Below, piece by piece: positions 28,401 to 40,200 of a stretch of 64,000 nucleotides of DNA; position 1 is the first letter of the stretch; every line of letters begins with the position of its first letter. Origin of the DNA: Sminthopsis crassicaudata (taxonomy: Eukaryota); assembly GCF_048593235.1 (NCBI RefSeq), contig NC_133621.1, forward strand, positions 203,257,238 to 203,321,237, given 5' to 3'. The notes below the pieces were generated by a model, which was given only the letters and a program-made list of their open reading frames with translations, did not search any database and was not told the DNA's origin. Both the position numbers and the translations under genes were made by a program.

Positions 28401-30244
28401 ACAGGGGAGTGATACAGATGACAATTCAGTTAAGAAAATTATTTGCCCAAAACAGAATTGACATAGAGCAATGATCAAGCAAACTCTTAGAAAGAAACTG
28501 AAATTCTTGGTTGGGGTCAATGAGGCTGCATCTATAATAACAAACATAATTCAAAAAGCCAGGCCAGGTAAGGCCAGATGAGGCCAGGTAAGACAGAGCA
28601 TGGAAATCTAAGGGGTTAAGATGAACCAGTAAACTAGTGCTGAGAGAACTGTATATTATTCATTAACCAAAATGATTAGAGTGGGGCAGCTAGGTGGCGC
28701 AGTGGATAGAGCACCAGCCTTGAATTCAGGAGGACCCGAGTTCAAATCTGGTCTCAGACAATTAACACTTCCTAGCTGTGTGACCTTGGGCAAGTCACTT
28801 AACCCCAGCCTCAAAAAAAAAAAAAAAAAAACAACCAAAATGATTAGAGTATCAGAGTCAATGCTTTTATGAACTTAACTTGATTCACCTGAACTTAAAT
28901 CTTTCTATTATGAAAATTCAATGCCCTGCTTCAGTTAGGACTGACATGCCTTTGTGGTAAAAGGCTAATATTATTATATTGCCTTCTGGCTGTGTTATCC
29001 CTTGCCAAATCATGGACATGTAAATTGGTCACCTTTCTATTCTTAGATTTTTTTCCTTTTTTATTAGGAAATACCACACTATCATTAATTCAGATTATCA
29101 CCAGCTCAAAAGGTACCATCTTAAGTGGCAGCTAAGTGGTACAATGAATATACCACTGGCTTTGATGTCAAAAGGACTGAAGGCAAATCTGGTCTCAGAC
29201 ACTAGACACTAGCAGTGTGACGTGGGCAAGTCACTTAATTCAAATTGCTTCACGAAAAAGAAAAACAAAAATAAAAATAAGGCATCATCCTAAGTAAGAA
29301 ATCTCTTAGCAAATTGTCCTTCAGAAATTTCCTGATCCTACCATCAGTCCTTTTTGAGTATTAAAATGCTCAAGAAGTTTGAATTTAGTGAAAGGATTAA
29401 ATTAATAATAAAGCATTAATATTGTTCTGCTTTTCTCTTCCTCAGAAGCTACCACTAAATCACTAGCCAGTCAAGTCACTGGAAGTAAATTAGGTAAGTG
29501 CTAGGCTTTTTTTCTGCATCATTTAACTATAAAATAAGATTCCCAAGTCATTGCCATTGTTATTTGTCAGATATTTGTCATTGACTTGGTTTGTAGAATA
29601 GCGAAGAATCACAGGAAAACAATTAATTTTCCCAAGAATTTCCCTAGAGGAATCCCTAAGAGAGGGCTTCTATTGCCTCTATACTATGATGGATTGGTAC
29701 TTACACAGACTTAGATACTGGTAAGTTAGACTCATTTCCTTTTCCCTTCCAGTTACCAGTGGGCAAACATTGGACACAACTATTACAATGGGAAACCTCC
29801 AAACAGGTAAACCAATAGTCAAGTGGTGCATCTTAGTCAAATGTAAGTTCCTTAATAGGAAGATCTGTGTCAGTGTTGCCTTTGTATGTGTGAATCTATT
29901 TAATGTAAGGAAGCCTGGAGAAGTACCTTTCTGTGCTTCTAGATCTGTGAGGATCAGTTGTGGTATGTGCTCTGCTCATTGGGAAAGGGATACTGCCATG
30001 CTTATCCATTACCTTAACCTTTCCAGGAATGACTGGGACAGTTTTAGGTTGAATTAATACATATGGAAATTTCAGCACAGAGGCGATAGCCACCTGGAGC
30101 TGAAGCCTCTTCCTGCTCCTCTTTCAATTCCTTCCTCTTTCTATTCTGTAGCACATGATTCCTCTCCCTCCCTTCTACTCCATCCATTTAAATGCAAGTC
30201 TCCCTTTTATTTTCAGTGATGCAAACATGCTGCTCTCTCTCTTA

Positions 30245-30280
<36 letters not shown>

Positions 30281-33200
30281 ACATGTTCTGTTTCTCTTCG
30301 GATTTCTTTTATTGGATGTTGTCAGCACAGACTTTCCAACATCTTTCAGATCCCAAGGCTCTCACTGTTTACTTTTTCCTGTGTTATTAAAGAGGTATAT
30401 TTTCAGCAGGAGGTAATGGATGATCCATAGCTGAATATTAAGTCAGTAAGCTTTGTTCACAATTGGCTTGGTTTTTTTGAAATGTTACTACTAGACATTC
30501 TTTCCCCAAACTCATAGCATACTGCCAAATTATGAAAAATAAAGGACATGAGCAGCCAACAACAGCCCTCTTCTCCTTTTCATCAAATCTAAGAAAGTTC
30601 CTGAGGTTGGTGTGATGGCCACTGGATTTACCCTAGCAACCAGATTGTTGGAGTCCCTGAAACTCTATGCAGTGGTCTTCCTTTGGACTTGAAGATCAAT
30701 AATGGCTTGACAATGCTCCACTTATAATAGAAAGACCATGGATTCTGACCTATTCCCCATTCTTATTGCAAACATTAATAGACTCATCTCTATCTCTCAT
30801 CCCTGGAAATCCCAGCAAAGGAAATCCCAGATGGCTATCTGGGAATGAATCCTATTCCTCTCCCTCTTTTTCTTTTCCTCTTCTCAATTATTTATCCATT
30901 ATAAAACATTCTTCCTCCCTCGTACTTTCTCTGGTTATTTCCATAAGCATATATCTGTTTTTTCCCGCTCTCTTATCTTCTATGATGTGAACAGAGATAT
31001 ACTCACTTCCAGACCCATTCAATAGTACCACCAACCTTGCCATTACTCAGGTTTATGTATTAAGTGCTATCCTTGATTCCTTACTCTTCAACATCTCATA
31101 TATAATCTGTTCCTAAAACCTATTGATTTTACCATCATAACATTTCTCTTGTATGATCCCTTTTTCTCTCTAATTGCCAATATCCTGGTGGAGACTTTAT
31201 TCAATGCATGAATTGATTTTCAATGAGCTTTCTGGTTGGTCTCCATTCTACAAATTTTCCCCACTTTTATCACTTCTCCACACAACTATCAAAATGATAT
31301 TCCTAAAGTGCAGGGCTGATCATGGCAACTCTCTATTTAATAAACTCTAGTGATTCTCTATCACTTGGAGGTTCAATTATAAAATCCTCTATTTAACCCT
31401 CCCTATTACCTAACCCTTGAGATAATACAAGTAGCTTATGTAGTCATGCAGATATACACATGCAGACCTATTCATTAAATACATGCATCTAACCAAAGGT
31501 ACATATCTATGATCTTAAATATATAACTGTGCAAAGAGACCAGTTCATCACTTTTCAGTTGTTCTCTGCTACTCAACCACCACCTGTTTCTCTGTTGTTG
31601 CCTGAAAAGCAACCACATCCATAGGAGTCAGTGGAAAAACATAACCTCCTTTTGATCTGCTGTTTTACCAAGCATTCTCACCCTACTGACAAACTTTGCT
31701 GCCAATCTTCCTAGGCATCTTTTTCATATCATTGTTGAGAGGTCTAGAAACTACCAATGCTGCTACTGATTCTGAGGTCCTGCTGAGGTACTGAGGCTGG
31801 GGCTAGGGCTGGGTCTGCACTGGGATTGCCAACTAGATTCCTACCCTGTTGCTACAGACCTTTTCTGCTGACCTTCTAAGTCTTCTTTGGTGTCTCTGGG
31901 CTGAGAAATCTGGAAGTCATCAGTACTATCACTGACTCAAAGGTTCCCAGACCTATTCCTGCTTTACTGGCACAGACAGGAGCAGGGCTTCATTGGACCA
32001 GCTTTCACCAAGACTTCACACCAGACTTCCACCCGGGTATCACAGACCATTTCTTCTGACTTTCTAAGTCATCTTTGACTGGAAAATGTTCTACTCTGTC
32101 TTTTTTGGTGTTCTGACATTCTAAAGTTTATTTAGAGTTATCATTTAAAGGAATTTGAAGCAGTTCAGAGAGATCGGGTGAGTTCCTGCCTTTACTCTGC
32201 CATCTTGGTTCTGCCTCCTACCTCAACAGTTTTCAAAAATATCTGATTTTTTAATCACTTTCTTTTAAAAGCTATATTTAAAATCTAACAACATCTAGGT
32301 TAAAAAGAAGTTGCTTTGTCTAATATTTCCATTAGAATAGTTTCTCAAATTTCACTACGTAAGAGAATTTAAACAAAAAAAAAAAACCCACTATAAACAA
32401 TATCATGTATTTAAACAAGACAGAAAAATTCAGATGACATAAATTCAGTTAATTGCATTAAGGAATTATCCCATATGAAAATCATCAATCTTATTACTGC
32501 TACATTTTAAACCTAATTTAGAGTTGTCAGGTATGGGAAAATTGCATTCAGATCTAAGAATCACAGAAGTTTAAAGCAAGATCCCTTTCATGAGTAGATG
32601 AAACATATTTAGCTACATATAAAACCTTTTTAACTATATCTCCTCCACATTTTACTTTTAACTCACCATGCAAAATAAATTACTTAACTTTCCAAGAACA
32701 CTCTTCCTCACAGTCAAATCAAGGTTACCCATTTGAACATTTGATTTTATAATACAGAACATATTAGACTTATATCACACATTACACTCACAATCAAACT
32801 CACAGAAACATATATGATTTGAGTGATTCAGATGTGCCAGTCATCTATTTAATTTAGGGAATGTTCAGAAAAGAGTGACAAAACATTCTTTTGATCTGAG
32901 TTTTTTCATAATTGTTGTAGGAACAAGTGGAACATCAACAGGAAGAATGGAAACCTTTGGAAGACCAAATGAAGGTAATTGAGGAAAGACAAATTTAAAT
33001 TTTTTTTCAGCAGTGACTATGACAAAATAACTCATTAGGTAATCAACAAGCCTATATGGAAAGTAGCAATATGCATGAAAACCCTAAATTGACGAGGCAG
33101 TCAAATGTGGAAATTTTCCATCAGAGAATAGACTGCATATTTGCAAAAGAATTTCAAAATCCAGACCATTCCATGTCCATTAGCTATACATCTAAATATC

Positions 33201-36200
33201 CATATATTTATCACAGAAGGAGTCTTGAACCCAGGAATCAATCCAACAAACACAGCTAAAACCACCCCTAATGGAAGATCAACAGCTGACAGTGACAATT
33301 CAACTAGAGCCCTTCCAGGTGAGTGACATTTCATAGATGTGCTAAACACTTGGTATCTCTTCCAGCCAGCCTAGTTCTTGATGGAGCCTGTGTCAGTTGG
33401 GCCATGACTAAATTACTTCCCTTTGGGTATGAAAAGACAGGAGGCTCATCGACGTTCTTGGTTCACTGAGGACCAACATTTGAACTACCAAGTAACCTCC
33501 TCAGCCAAAGAAGTGGACAAGGAGTACTTCATTTTGATTCTGCCAGGCTACCTAGAACTTACCCAAGGGACTCTCATTTCCAACCATGCTAGCTTCAGAA
33601 AAGAAGAAAACTCATTTGTTTGGCAATGGAGCATACACTGGCAAGGCAACTAGCATTGTATTGGTTGAGGTGATCTGAGAATATGAAAGCCAGTCTTTCC
33701 AATTCTTACTCTCATTGGGAATGTATTTAAGAATAAAATTAAATTATGGGATTTAGAGATGATCTTTTCCTGTTTGCAAAAGTGCTACCTAAAACCCATT
33801 CTCTCCTTTCAATTCCTCTTCTTCAACCATGTTTGCTTCTTTCACTTGCTNNNNNNNNNNNNNNNNNNNNNNNNNNNNNNNNNNNNNNNNNNNNNNNNNN
33901 NNNNNNNNNNNNNNNNNNNNNNNNNNNNNNNNNNNNNNNNNNNNNNNNNNNNNNNNNNNNNNNNNNNNNNNNNNNNNNNNNNNNNNNNNNNNNNNNNNNN
34001 NNNNNNNNNNNNNNNNNNNNNNNNNNNNNNNNNNNNNNNNNNNNNNNNNNNNNNNNNNNNNNNNNNNNNNNNNNNNNNNNNNNNNNNNNNNNNNNNNNNN
34101 NNNNNNNNNNNNNNNNNNNGTGTTGATTGGCCTTCAATCTGTGGAGTTCTCTGTCTGGAGGCAGATGGCGTTTTCTAACCCAAGTGGATGGGGACTGCCT
34201 TGCCTCAGGACAGCCCTGCAGAGAAGCAAGGCTTTCCTAGACGATCATCATGCAAACTGGCTGTGGCTGGATACAATGTATTCCTGGCTCTCCTGCTTTC
34301 GCTCAGCCTCAGTTCATGTCAGTCTTTCCAGATCTGGCTGCAATCAGCTAGATCATCAGTTGTGATAGAATCATCCTATTGCATGACCTTGGGGGCCACC
34401 ACTTATTCAGCCATTCCCTAAGGGATGGGCATCTACTCCTGTCCCCCACTGTGTGTCCCCACCAAGGGAGCTGCTCCAACCTCCTTCCATCCCAAACAGC
34501 TGCTTCCGTAGTTTCTTCCTTGCCATTGGCCCCTCTTCAACAGGGCGTTTTCCCTTTCTTCTCCGTGTAGAAGCCGCCACATCCGCTGGAGGCACGGGGA
34601 CAAACAGAGCTGAAACCACTGCAACGGGAAGATCGGCAAGTGCGAGCTCCACCTCCACTGCCAGCACTCTCAGCCAAGGTGAGCCAGTGGAAGAGCAGAC
34701 ATCTGCTGAGCCTTTGCAAAGGCTAGCTCACCAAATAGAGCCAAGCCAAAAGCCAACTTCCTTGCCCACAGTGAACGCTTCTCTCTGCCCTGTGGCTTCC
34801 CAATCAGCCCCAGTAGGGAAGCTCCAAAGCAGCTTAGCATTGGTTCCCTGCTCGGGACACCCATTTCTCGGCTCCAAAGAGTCACTTGCTGGTGGTCTAG
34901 CTTGACCTTTCCTAGCGCTTTGTCCTTGGCCCTTCTTCTTGGCAAGGGAGCAGAGGGGAAGCCTTCTCTTCCTCATGGCTCCATTCGAATTGCTGAGGTT
35001 TTCTTTCTTTAAAACTCTCTATATGGCCAAGGCACCGATTGAAGCAGGAACCATCTCCTAAGAACGCCAAAAAAATGCGGCTGGCCAGCTGAGTCTCTTT
35101 GGCCTAGCTCTGCATTCTTCTTCCTCCACGTTTGATCTTTGCCCCCTCCTCTCCTCCACGCTCCACTTGCATCCCACTCTCCTGTTCCAAGGATACTCTT
35201 CCTTTCAGTCCCGCCAATGGGTCCTCTTTCCACATTTTGCTGTTTTCTTCGAGACACACAGACCCAATTCCCAAGGCACAAAAGCAGACACAGGCAAACA
35301 CCCCTAGGATTTCAGCCCTCCAAGAGTGCATGTTGACACTTCCCTTCAGCATTGTGCAGAAGGTGATCACAAGACAGGTTTCTCACTTGACTTGTGTGCC
35401 CATTGTTGCAGGCCAAAGTGGAACCTCCTCAGCGCCCCAAGACAATTCTTCAAGTGCCAACCCAGGTAATTCTGAAAGGACTGCTTCAGCACCCTGTTGA
35501 CACCACTCAGGAATAGAATCGGGAGGGCCCCTGGGAAACCACAGGCACACGTGATATCCTGGCCCGCCAATGTAGCCATGGGCCCTCAGAGATTCACGCC
35601 TGCTAGCCTCAAGGCATCTCCCCTCCAGGTGAGCGTTCCATGCCCTCTGCCTGTACATCTGATTCTCCCTTTCTCCTCTTTCCCAAAAGCAATGGTGACC
35701 TCAGGAGCCAGTGGGACAAACAGAGCTGAAAGCACCACTAAGGGAAGAACAACAGCTGGCAGCGGCCCTTCCACTGGATCCCCTCTAGGTGACGCACATT
35801 TCCCACCCATCATGGAGCCTTGCTGTCTCTCTCCTCCAGCCTTGCACTTTGATATATCTATATTTTTACATGCATATACGGAGAGAGATAGATATACATA
35901 AATATACATGAACACACACACACACACACATACACAGATATAGATATAGATATAGATATCTCATTGTCCATCCATAGTTTTATATTATGGTGGTTTGACA
36001 TGGAGATTCCCTTTTGTAATACCCATTTCCTTCTCAATGATGTTGGGAGGGAAAAAGCAGAACCAAGGGAAAACAAGCTGAGTGAGAAGGAAACACTGGC
36101 CACAAAGAGGAAAGAGAGAGCATGTGTTCATTTTCACTCAATCTCCTTAGCTCTCTTTCTCGATGTCGATGGCCTTTTCTCTCCAAAGCTTCTTGGGATT

Positions 36201-37236
36201 GCCTTGCATCACTAAAGCACTGAGGACAAGCAAGTCTTTCAGGGTTCATCATCACAGAGGCTTCCTGGGATGGCGGCCACTGGATTCCTGCTTCAGCTTC
36301 TTTCGCTCAGCCTCAGTTCAGGGCAAGCTTTCCAGGGCTTTCTCCAATCCGCATTTTCCACTTTTTGGGTCACCACACAAAGAGCGGCTCCCAACTCCTT
36401 ACACACCCAAGAGCTGCTCCATCAGCTTGTTCCTTGACCTTGCCCTGCCTTCAGCTTCGCATTTCTGCTGTCTTCTCCTCCTAGAAGGGGCCACATCTGC
36501 AGGAGCCATGGGGACAAACAGAGCAGAAACCACCCCAGCGGGAAGATCGCCATCTGCGAGCTCTAGCTCCACTTCCAGCTTACTCAGCCAAGGTGAGCTA
36601 GGGGCAGAGCAGAGATCTTCTGGGCCTTCAATAGATCCTTTGGAAGGTCTCCCTCGAGGCACAGACGGAAGCCAAAAGGGAGCCTCGTAACAGGCATGGC
36701 CCGCTGTACTCTCAATCCGTTGGTTTTCCTGGCGGTCAAAGGCTTCCAACTGCCATGGTGGAGGCAGCCCCCACAACCTGGGAAGCTGAAAAACAGCTTG
36801 CCATGTTTTCTCTCTGCTCGGGACAGCCCCGAAGCCTCACTTGCTGGCCCAGCGTGACCGTCCCCACAACTTGCGGCTTTGCCCTTCATCTGCTTCCCGG
36901 GCAAAGGGGCATATTTTAAGCCAGCTCTTGCTGTGGGGTCCATTACAATGGCGACCCCGATCTCGGAAACTTTGTACATGGCCAGGCCACACAATGAGGC
37001 AGGAACCATCTCCCCAAAAAAGTCCAGAAAGATTCAGCGGCTCAGCTGAGCCTGACTGGCCTCTCTCTACCTACTGTCTACCTCCACATTGGCAGCCGCA
37101 CCTACTTGGCCTCTAGAATCCCAATCTGCTCTTCCAAGGACACTCTTCCTTTCAGGTCCAGCATGGATTCCCATTTTCACATGTGGCTATTTCCCCAGGC
37201 AGCACCCGAGACTCCCACACTACAATCACACTGACA

Positions 37237-37286
<50 letters not shown>

Positions 37287-40200
37287 CTCACACTCACACA
37301 CACCCCCAAGGAGCAAACACACGCACATAGACACATCCAAAGACAGATGGGATTTCAGCTCTCTGAGTGTGCATACCATCGAATTCCATTCGCTATGAGG
37401 CTGAGGGGGCTCCCAGCACGGGTTTCTCATCTGAGATTTGTCCCAATTGTTGCAGGCCCCGGTGCGACTCCCTCAGGGACCAAGGACAACTCTCGAACTT
37501 CCAACCCAGGTACTTCTGGTGAGATTGGCTCAGCACCCTGCTTCTCGTGTTACCCCTGTGCCCCCAGTCCGGCGAGCCAGACAGTCGCCCGAGGGCCCCT
37601 GAAAAACCTTGGTTGGCCCACACGTAGCCCTCTGCCCCCCAGAGTTCCGCGCCTGGAGCCCTCAAGACATTTCCACTCCAGATGACCATTTCATGGCCAC
37701 TGCCTGTACATCTGATTCTCCCTTTCTCCTCTTTCCCAGGAGCAACGGGGACTACAGGAGCCAGTGGGACAAACAGAGCTGAAAGCACCACTAAGGGAAA
37801 GTCAACAGCTGGCAGCAGCAGTTCCACTGGAGCCCCTGCAGGTGACGCCCGCTTCAGAGAGAGCCTAAGCCCTGGCTATCTCTTCTTGCTACACTACTTC
37901 TTTTCTGGATATAGATATATACCTATATAACATTTTGCAGAACCAAGGGTGTTTTCCTGCTGTCACATGCATAGTAACCTTAGGAATACACAATTCCTTA
38001 TGAACTCTGTTGGGAAGAAAAATGAGAACCCAGTGGAAAAATCACAAGAGAGACACAAATACAAACAGAAAAAAATAAATTAAATAAAACAAATAAATAA
38101 ATAAATAAATGAAAAGCCGAGAAGGTGTTGATTGGCCTTCAATCTGTGGAGTTCTCTGTCTGGAGGCAGATGGCGTTTTCTAACCCAAGTGGATGGGGAC
38201 TGCCTTGCCTCAGGACAGCCCTGCAGAGAAGCAAGGCTTTCCTAGACGATCATCATGCAAACTGGCTCTGGCTGGATACAATGTATTCCTGGCTCTCCTG
38301 CTTTCGCTCAGCCTCAGTTCATGTCAGTCTTTCCAGATCTGGCTGCAATCAGCTAGATCATCAGTTGTGATAGAATCATCCTATTGCATGACCTTGGGGG
38401 CCACCACTTATTCAGCCATTCCCTAAGGGATGGGCATCTACTCCTGTCCCCCCCTGTGTGTCCCCACCAAGGGAGCTGCTCCAACCTCCTTCCATCCCAA
38501 ACAGCTGCTTCCGTAGTTTCTTCCTTGCCATTGGCCCCTCTTCAACAGGGCGTTTTCCCTTTCTTCTCCTTGTAGAAGCCGCCACATCCGCTGGAGGCAC
38601 GGGGACAAACAGAGCTGAAACCACTGCAACGGGAAGATCGGCAAGTGCGAGCTCCACCTCCACTGCCAGCACTCTCAGCCAAGGTGAGCCAGTGGAAGAG
38701 CAGACATCTGCTGAGCCTTTGCAAAGGCTAGCTCACCAAATAGAGCCAAGCCAAAAGCCAACTTCCTTGCCCACAGTGAACGCTTCTCTCTGCCCTGTGG
38801 CTTCCCAATCAGCCCCAGTAGGGAAGCTCCAAAGCAGCTTAGCATTGGTTCCCTGCTCGGGACACCCATTTCTCGGCTCCAAAGAGTCACTTGCTGGTGG
38901 TCTAGCTTGACCTTTCCTAGCGCTTTGTCCTTGGCCCTTCTTCTTGGCAAGGGAGCAGAGGGGAAGCCTTCTCTTCCTCATGGCTCCATTCGAATTGCTG
39001 AGGTTTTCTTTCTTTAAAACTCTCTATATGGCCAAGGCACCGATTGAAGCAGGAACCATCTCCTAAGAACGCCAAAAAAATGCGGCTGGCCAGCTGAGTC
39101 TCTTTGGCCTAGCTCTGCATTCTTCTTCCTCCACGTTTGATCTTTGCCCCCTCCTCTCCTCCACGCTCCACTTGCATCCCACTCTCCTGTTCCAAGGATA
39201 CTCTTCCTTTCAGTCCCGCCAATGGGTCCTCTTTCCACATTTTGCTGTTTTCTTCGAGACACACAGACCCAATTCCCAAGGCACAAAAGCAGACACAGGC
39301 AAACACCCCTAGGATTTCAGCCCTCCAAGAGTGCATGTTGACACTTCCCTTCAGCATTGTGCAGAAGGTGATCACAAGACAGGTTTCTCACTTGACTTGT
39401 GTGCCCATTGTTGCAGGCCAAAGTGGAACCTCCTCAGCGCCCCAAGACAATTCTTCAAGTGCCAACCCAGGTAATTCTGAAAGGACTGCTTCAGCACCCT
39501 GTTGACACCACTCAGGAATAGAATCGGGAGGGCCCCTGGGAAACCACAGGCACACGTGATATCCTGGCCCGCCAATGTAGCCATGGGCCCTCAGAGATTC
39601 ACGCCTGCTAGCCTCAAGGCATCTCCCCTCCAGGTGAGCGTTCCATGCCCTCTGCCTGTACATCTGATTCTCCCTTTCTCCTCTTTCCCAAAAGCAATGG
39701 TGACCTCAGGAGCCAGTGGGACAAACAGAGCTGAAAGCACCACTAAGGGAAGAACAACAGCTGGCAGCGGCCCTTCCACTGGATCCCCTCTAGGTGACGC
39801 ACATTTCCCACCCATCATGGAGCCTTGCTGTCTCTCTCCTCCAGCCTTGCACTTTGATATATCTATATTTTTACATGCATATACGGAGAGAGATAGATAT
39901 ACATAAATATACATGAACACACACACACACACACACATACACAGATATAGATATAGATATAGATATCTCATTGTCCATCCATAGTTTTATTATGGTGGTT
40001 TGACATGGAGATTCCCTTTTGTAATACCCATTTCCTTCTCAATGATGTTGGGAGGGAAAAAGCAGAACCAAGGGAAAACAAGCTGAGTGAGAAGGAAACA
40101 CTGGCCACAAAGAGGAAAGAGAGAGCATGTGTTCATTTTCACTCAATCTCCTTAGCTCTCTTTCTCGATGTCGATGGCCTTTTCTCTCCAAAGCTTCTTG

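Noticed and set aside
28683-28760. tRNA gene
   Set aside because: The A/B boxes belong to a SINE head followed by a CORE segment, A tail and TSD; there is no complete cloverleaf.
29709-29720. 12-nt microexon (cag|ACTTAGATACTG|gtaagt)
   Set aside because: It leaves only a 32-nt intron to exon 29753, too short for mammalian splicing, and has a poor pyrimidine tract.
35545-35628. Seventh coding exon per unit
   Set aside because: It has an in-frame TAG in the phase-1 frame, a purine-rich acceptor, and only 61 nt to the next acceptor.
37089-37685. His/Thr-repeat (THTHTH) or Val/Cys-repeat proteins
   Set aside because: These are translations of (CA)n/(TG)n microsatellites, and the frame changes between units.
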